In this document: positions 61,346 to 64,000 of the stretch, piece by piece
Layout: every line of letters starts with the position of its first letter
Numbering within the stretch: position 1 is the first letter of the stretch
Assembly: GCF_009914755.1 (NCBI RefSeq)
Contig: NC_060935.1
Source: the human T2T-CHM13v2.0 reference genome, Homo sapiens
Direction: 5' to 3' (one strand)
DNA: 64,000 nt
Position numbers and translations under genes: made by a program
Notes under the pieces: generated by a model
What the model was told of the DNA's origin: nothing
Seen by the model: the letters and a program-made list of their open reading frames with translations, nothing else
Database searches by the model: none

Positions 61346-62200
61346 AGACAAATGATCTAAGTAAACATTTCTCCAAAGAAGATATACTGATGGCAAGTAA
61401 GTCCATGAAGAGATGCCTGACATCATCATGGAAATGCAAATCAAAACCACAATGAGATATCACTTAACACCCACTAGAATAGCTAGAATTAAAAAGTCAG
61501 ATAACGACAAATGTTGGCAAGGATGTGGAGGAATTTGAACCTTCATAAACACCTGGTGGAAATGTAAAATAGTGCAGCTACTTTGGAAAACAGCCTGGCA
61601 GTTCCTCAAATGACAAACATAAAGTTACCATATGAACCAGCAACTTTACTCCTAGGTATATACCCAAGAAAAATGAAAACATACGTCTGCACAGAAACTT
61701 ATACATGAATATTTATAGCCGTGTTATTCATAATAGCCAAAAGGTGGAAACCACTGAAATGTCCACCCGTGAGCAAACGAATTAACAAAATATGGTATAT
61801 TTATACAATGGAATGTTTTTTGGCCATAAAAAAGGAATGAAATACTGATATATGCTACAACATGGATGAACTTTCAAAATGTTATGGTGATGAAAGAAGC
61901 CAGTCACAAAAGACCATATATTGCGTGACTCCATTCATGTAAAAGCAGACAATCTATAGAGATGGAAAGTAGATTAGTGGTTGCTTAGAGCCAGGGGAGT
62001 GGAGAATGGAATATGAGGGTGACAGCTCAAGAATATAGAAGTTTTTATTTTTTTGAGGTGATGAAAATATTCTAAAATTGAATCTGGTGATGATTGCACA
62101 TATCTGTTGAAGGTAATAAAAACCATTGAATTATACACTTCAGTGAATTGCATGGTATATGAACTATATCTCAATAAAGCTGTATAAAAGACTTTAAAAA
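61346..62200 (+). mobile_element. Older L1M (L1MB-like) 3' end
   Basis: Second ORF2-end copy and 3'UTR ending TATCTCAATAAAGCTGT. Confidence 0.85.
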
Positions 62201-63626
62201 CAAATAAAATGAGGATAATAATACATATTGTTAAGATGATTAAATTAATAATGCATAACATTTTAGGAACTAATGTTAGTTTTTATATTAATAGGAAGGA
62301 TTAAAGGAATGGAGGGCATCATAAACATGAAGAAAAATGTGAGAGAGTATGATAATTGAAAGAAGAGTTTGTGTTCAAAGGGAGAGATTAAAGATGTGCA
62401 ACTTCAGGTATTTACAGTATGTTGAGCCAAAGTATACAATCAGTCTTTGGCACTCTTTTAATGTCTAAGCTGTTTTCTCTTATTGTTATATAATAAGAGC
62501 CCTTACCCTTTTATTCACATTCTGAATCAGAAGACAACATTTTTCCTATTTTAATTATATGATGTTTATAGATTCTCAATTCAAAGAGATCTCTAAGAGG
62601 GGAGAAAAATAATTCTATAACTTTTGGAAGTATCAAGACAAGAAAAAGATTAATTGTGGTTGAAAATTCCTTGCGGTGCATAAATCTAAGATTTTATGGA
62701 AAGATAATAACATTCATAGGAAAAGATAAGAGAAACCTGAAAAAGAGAGATGAGTTAATAAGAAATGGGATATTGAAAAGATTAGTAATCAGCATTTGAA
62801 TAATGTTTTATATCTTTCTGAATAAGGAAAATTAAAATTATGGTCATAAAACATGAGCAATAATGATGGGAGTTTTTAAAAAGTTTTTTAAAAATATATT
62901 TTATATTGGGATGCTTTCAAGCTGACCAAGAGCAGTTATGTTGTTTTAGTTGCCACCTAAATGAAATTGTGTAGCAGTGGGAATCTACTTTTTCACTAAT
63001 AGCATTTTGATAAAAGATCATAGAGATGATTGATATTTGATGCCATTCTGAGATTAAGATAATTAATGGTATTAAGCAGCTAAGCTCTCCTATTTAATCC
63101 CCTTTTTAATACATATTGTCTTATCGTCCAGTCTAATGGAATATATGCCTTCTTAGCAAACTCATTGTTGTCTATAGACTGTTCCCCAGCTCGTTCTCTC
63201 TGTCTTTTGTTGTTTGATCTCTGTATCTATTAAGAGGTTGGCAAGGAAAGATCCTGAGTGGATTTTAAATTGACACAAATAATAGGGAATTGTCTGTACA
63301 TATGTAAGGCAAAAAATGTACAAATTCAAGTTTTTATAAAAGACTTGTTTGACAAGGCACTCCTTGTTGTATAAGACATACAAAGAAGAAAAATCTTTGC
63401 TATAGAAATGTATGAGAGCTCCATGGCAACTGAAAACAAGATGCTGCATTTGATCGTACAATTAAGCACCACTATTAGTTTCTATTTTCATTTAAGTATT
63501 TAGAACTAGTCTATTTTTATTCTATCTATTACAGACATTTTAACAAATAAAACTGGATACAACATGGAAAAATTAGTTTTCCATGAATTAATTTTATAAG
63601 CTATATTTGTACCTTAGTAAAATCTC

Positions 63627-64000
63627 CTTTTTTCTTTTTTTTTTTTTTTATTATACTTTAAGTTTTAGGGTACATGTGCACATTGTGCAGGTTAGTTACA
63701 TATGTATACATGTGCCGTGCTGGTGCGCTGCACCCATTAACTCGTCATCTAGCATTAGGTATATCTCCCAATGCTATCCCTCCCCCCTCCCCCCACCCCA
63801 CAACAGTCCCCAGAGTGTGATGTTCCCCTTCCTGTGTCCATGTGATCTCATTGTTCAATTCCCACCTATGAGTGACAATATGCGGTGTTTGGTTTTTTGT
63901 TCTTGCGATAGTTTACTGAGAATGATGATTTCCAATTTCATCCATGTCCCTACAAAGGACGTGAACTCATCATTTTTTATGGCTGCATAGTATTCCATGG
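63627..64000 (-). mobile_element. Young L1PA (L1PA2/3-like) 3' end, running off the window
   Basis: Poly-T, TTATACTTTAAGTTTTAGGGTACATGTGCACATTGTGCAGGTTAG; carries GAG rather than the L1HS-Ta ACA diagnostic. Confidence 0.9.

Noticed and set aside
63627-64000. Possible active L1HS
   Set aside because: Lacks the ACA/ACG diagnostic and only the 3' end is visible.

Overview
Primate (human-like) genomic DNA, dense in Alu, L1, L2, MIR and DNA-transposon remnants. From recall, not a search, I recognise it as the 11q21 MAML2-CCDC82-JRKL locus. It contains: (i) the promoter and long 5' leader of a minus-strand gene leaving the left edge (probably MAML2); (ii) the complete minus-strand CCDC82 gene, whose seven coding exons I joined by hand at GT-AG junctions into an uninterrupted 1635-nt ORF (544 aa), plus three 5'UTR exons; (iii) a CpG-island bidirectional promoter shared with JRKL, an intronless-ORF domesticated pogo/Tigger (CENP-B-like) transposase of 524 aa; (iv) many mobile elements, including a full-length Tigger1, a twin-primed L1, Charlie1, MARNA, a two-LTR MaLR and about 15 Alu or Alu-monomer copies. 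I found no evidence of a wholly new multi-gene system. The best leads are the intact DD34D triad in JRKL, a splice donor that could remove the entire JRKL ORF, a perfect 69-bp coding duplication in CCDC82, TE-derived CCDC82 5'UTR exons, a ~110-nt intronic hairpin and a convergent CTCF motif pair. Repeat subfamily names come from remembered consensus sequences and need RepeatMasker/Dfam confirmation.
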